From NCBI RefSeq assembly GCF_009914755.1, contig NC_060927.1: a stretch of 64,000 nucleotides of DNA; one strand, written 5' to 3'. The notes under the pieces are model-generated. The model saw nothing but the letters and a program-made list of their open reading frames with translations. It made no database searches and was not told where the DNA came from. The translations under genes were made by a program, and so were the position numbers. The DNA is from the human T2T-CHM13v2.0 reference genome, Homo sapiens. Shown here piece by piece: positions 61,191 to 64,000 of the stretch. Numbering within the stretch: position 1 is the stretch's first letter; every line of letters begins with the position of its first letter.

Positions 61191-61739
61191 TAGGATACAA
61201 CCTGTAATTCTCTTTCTTCTCTGTCTTTGTGTTAAGTGAGCTGTTTCACCTCATCCCTGGGGGAAGCAGATAGAACGTGGTAAAGTAGCAAGGTCTTTCC
61301 TAGCTTGGAGACCTTGCACTGTATCTTAATTTCTGAGGGGCTCCTATTCAAACCTCACTTTTTTCTCTCAGTATGTGGCTCCCCCTTCTGAGCTCAAGAT
61401 CTGAAGATCCATTCAGTCAGGTTGGAACAATAATAGGTCAGTGTTAGGTTCTAGTTTCTCTCTTTAGAAATGTATTCTTGTCTCAAGGGTAGCTTGTATG
61501 TTTGAGACCTAGAAGTCCACTTTTGACTGTGCCCTTGCAACTTTTAATATTCTTGAAATTCTTTTGGGCGGGATTCTTGTGACCCATTGCCACGGAGTAT
61601 GCACCTTTTACCAAACATTGAGATGCTGTGGGTGGCATGTTAACATAAAGCAAAAATACATACAATCTTAGGTATTCCATTATATAACTAACTTAATATT
61701 CATTTATATCACTTTTCTAATGCCATTTCAATTTTGCAG

Positions 61740-61875
61740 CAACATATAAGAATCCGGAACTTGATCGAATAGCCACTGAAGATGATCTGGTAGAAATGCA
61801 AGGATATAAAGACAAGCTTTCCATCATTGGTGAGGTGCTATCTCGGAGACACATGAAGGTGGCATTTTTTGGCAG
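61740..61875 (+). CDS. MFN1: MFN1 second coding exon (136 nt): [45 protein letters not shown](R), leading into the GTPase G1 motif
   Basis: Acceptor ATTTTGCAG|, donor CAG|GTAATT, in frame with the previous exon. KVAFFGR is the start of the mitofusin P-loop. The gene continues beyond the window. Confidence 0.95.
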
Positions 61876-62574
61876 GTAATTATTTATTATTACTTCTAAG
61901 ATTAGTTTCCAGGAATCAGCTTTGTGTCTGATGTTTCAACAAGTAATATTTCTCCCATCCTCCCCCAGCCCCGCAAGTTTCTGCCTGTGTTGAATGTTAA
62001 AGCTGTTAGCATGTGAAAGAATTTGTGCATTTTACCTCCTGGTATAAAATGAAGCTTTATGAAAGTCAATCATATTTTTACCTTTTAATGATTCTCATCT
62101 CTAAGAATTGGCTTGTAGACAGTTTTAAGAATGGAAATATAGATAAATGATAAGCATACTTTGTGTTTTACTCTTTTAAGTTTACTTGATTATGTGAAAG
62201 TTTCAGAAGCTAGGATGAAATCACTTTTGTCATACCTAGACAGGCCTAGAAGGAAAGAGGCTCTTGTCTGAGATAACTATTTCCAAGGACTTTCTAGAAA
62301 TTCTTTCAAATCTCCTGCTTTGATAAGACTTATCAATAAACATACTTTAGGACTGCCTTAATTCAGATAAAATGTTTTCAGGAGAGTTCTTGCCCAGTAA
62401 TGGCATCTCCGCCAATGAACTGACAATAACTGGCGTTGAACCTCTGGAACCAAATAACTCTTGTTTCTAGGCAGCTTATGTAAATCTCTTTTTGCTAATA
62501 GAAACCCCTCTTACCCTCACTGAATGCACTGGTATGCCATTCCATGCATTCCAGATTATAATCTTTATTTTTGA

Positions 62575-63284
<710 letters not shown>

Positions 63285-64000
63285 TGAACCACTCACCTCG
63301 GCCTCCCAAAGTGCTGGGATTACAGGCGTGAGCCACTGTACCTGGCTAATTTAGAGGTGATTTTCTTTAGTGTCTTTCTTAAGTTTGACAATTATCTGGA
63401 TTATGGCGGGGAGAAAAAGGCAGTGATCAGGTACGTCTTCCAAAATTTTCAACTCCATCATTCCTAGAGGGAGAGTAGGAGGCGTACATTGGTGTAACAG
63501 TCCAGAGTGATAGGGTGATCTCTGCCACAGCTTATATGCAAAGACAAATGACTAGCTCCATAACTGGTTATTCAGCTATCTGTGCTGTGTACCAACAGAG
63601 GCATTTATTTACTAAATAACTTCATAGGCCTTCTAAGCTATTTTCCCATCGTAGGGCTTTTGCCCTTGCAATTCCCTTTGCCTACAACTCACCTTTCCTT
63701 GTTGTAGCTACGTCTAGTGCCTTCTCATTCTTCATATTTCATCCTAAATGTTACTACCTTGGACACCTTCTCTGACCACCCTATCTAAATTATTCCTTCT
63801 CAGTTATTTTCTGTTAAAGCATCCTCTTAATGTCTTTCAACACTTTTCACAAAGCTCTTATTTTATGTTTTTATTTTCTGCTTCTCCCATTTGACCATAT
63901 TCTCAGGGCCTTACACAGAGTCTGGCATGAGACAGCTCCATTTAAAAAGATCCTACTTCAGATTAGGGTGGAGTAGGAAGGAAGAGCCTCCTGGGAAGGT

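Overview
Human/hominid genomic DNA, very Alu-rich (about 60 Alu copies or fragments by eye), recognisable as the ZNF639 (ZASC1)-MFN1 locus (3q26.33 by established knowledge). Positions 1-32 kb are repeat-dominated intergenic DNA: a full-length minus-strand SVA with a 13-bp TSD, a 5'-inverted L1PA, a truncated HERV-K LTR5, and old L1/L2/MLT/MER copies. ZNF639 is complete on the + strand: CpG-island promoter at about 32.5-33.7 kb, non-coding exons, and four coding exons (38135-38192, 39459-39569, 42830-42964, 43110-44263) that splice into a 1458-nt, 485-aa ORF with nine C2H2-type fingers. The 5' end of MFN1 follows on the + strand: promoter and exon 1 near 57.5 kb, coding exons 58692-58803 and 61740-61875. 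I see no evidence of a wholly new multi-gene system, CRISPR array or foreign DNA. The best second-look items are small-scale: tailless U2 and 5S retrocopies with TSDs, a candidate ZNF639 5'UTR cassette exon whose donor was duplicated by an Alu TSD and which would create a 36-codon uORF, a 14-codon MFN1 uORF, ZFY-type alternating zinc fingers, inverted Alus in a candidate long 3'UTR, and a TSD-flanked LTR5 half-element. Repeat subfamily names are from memory of consensus sequences, and repeat boundaries are approximate unless TSDs are given.
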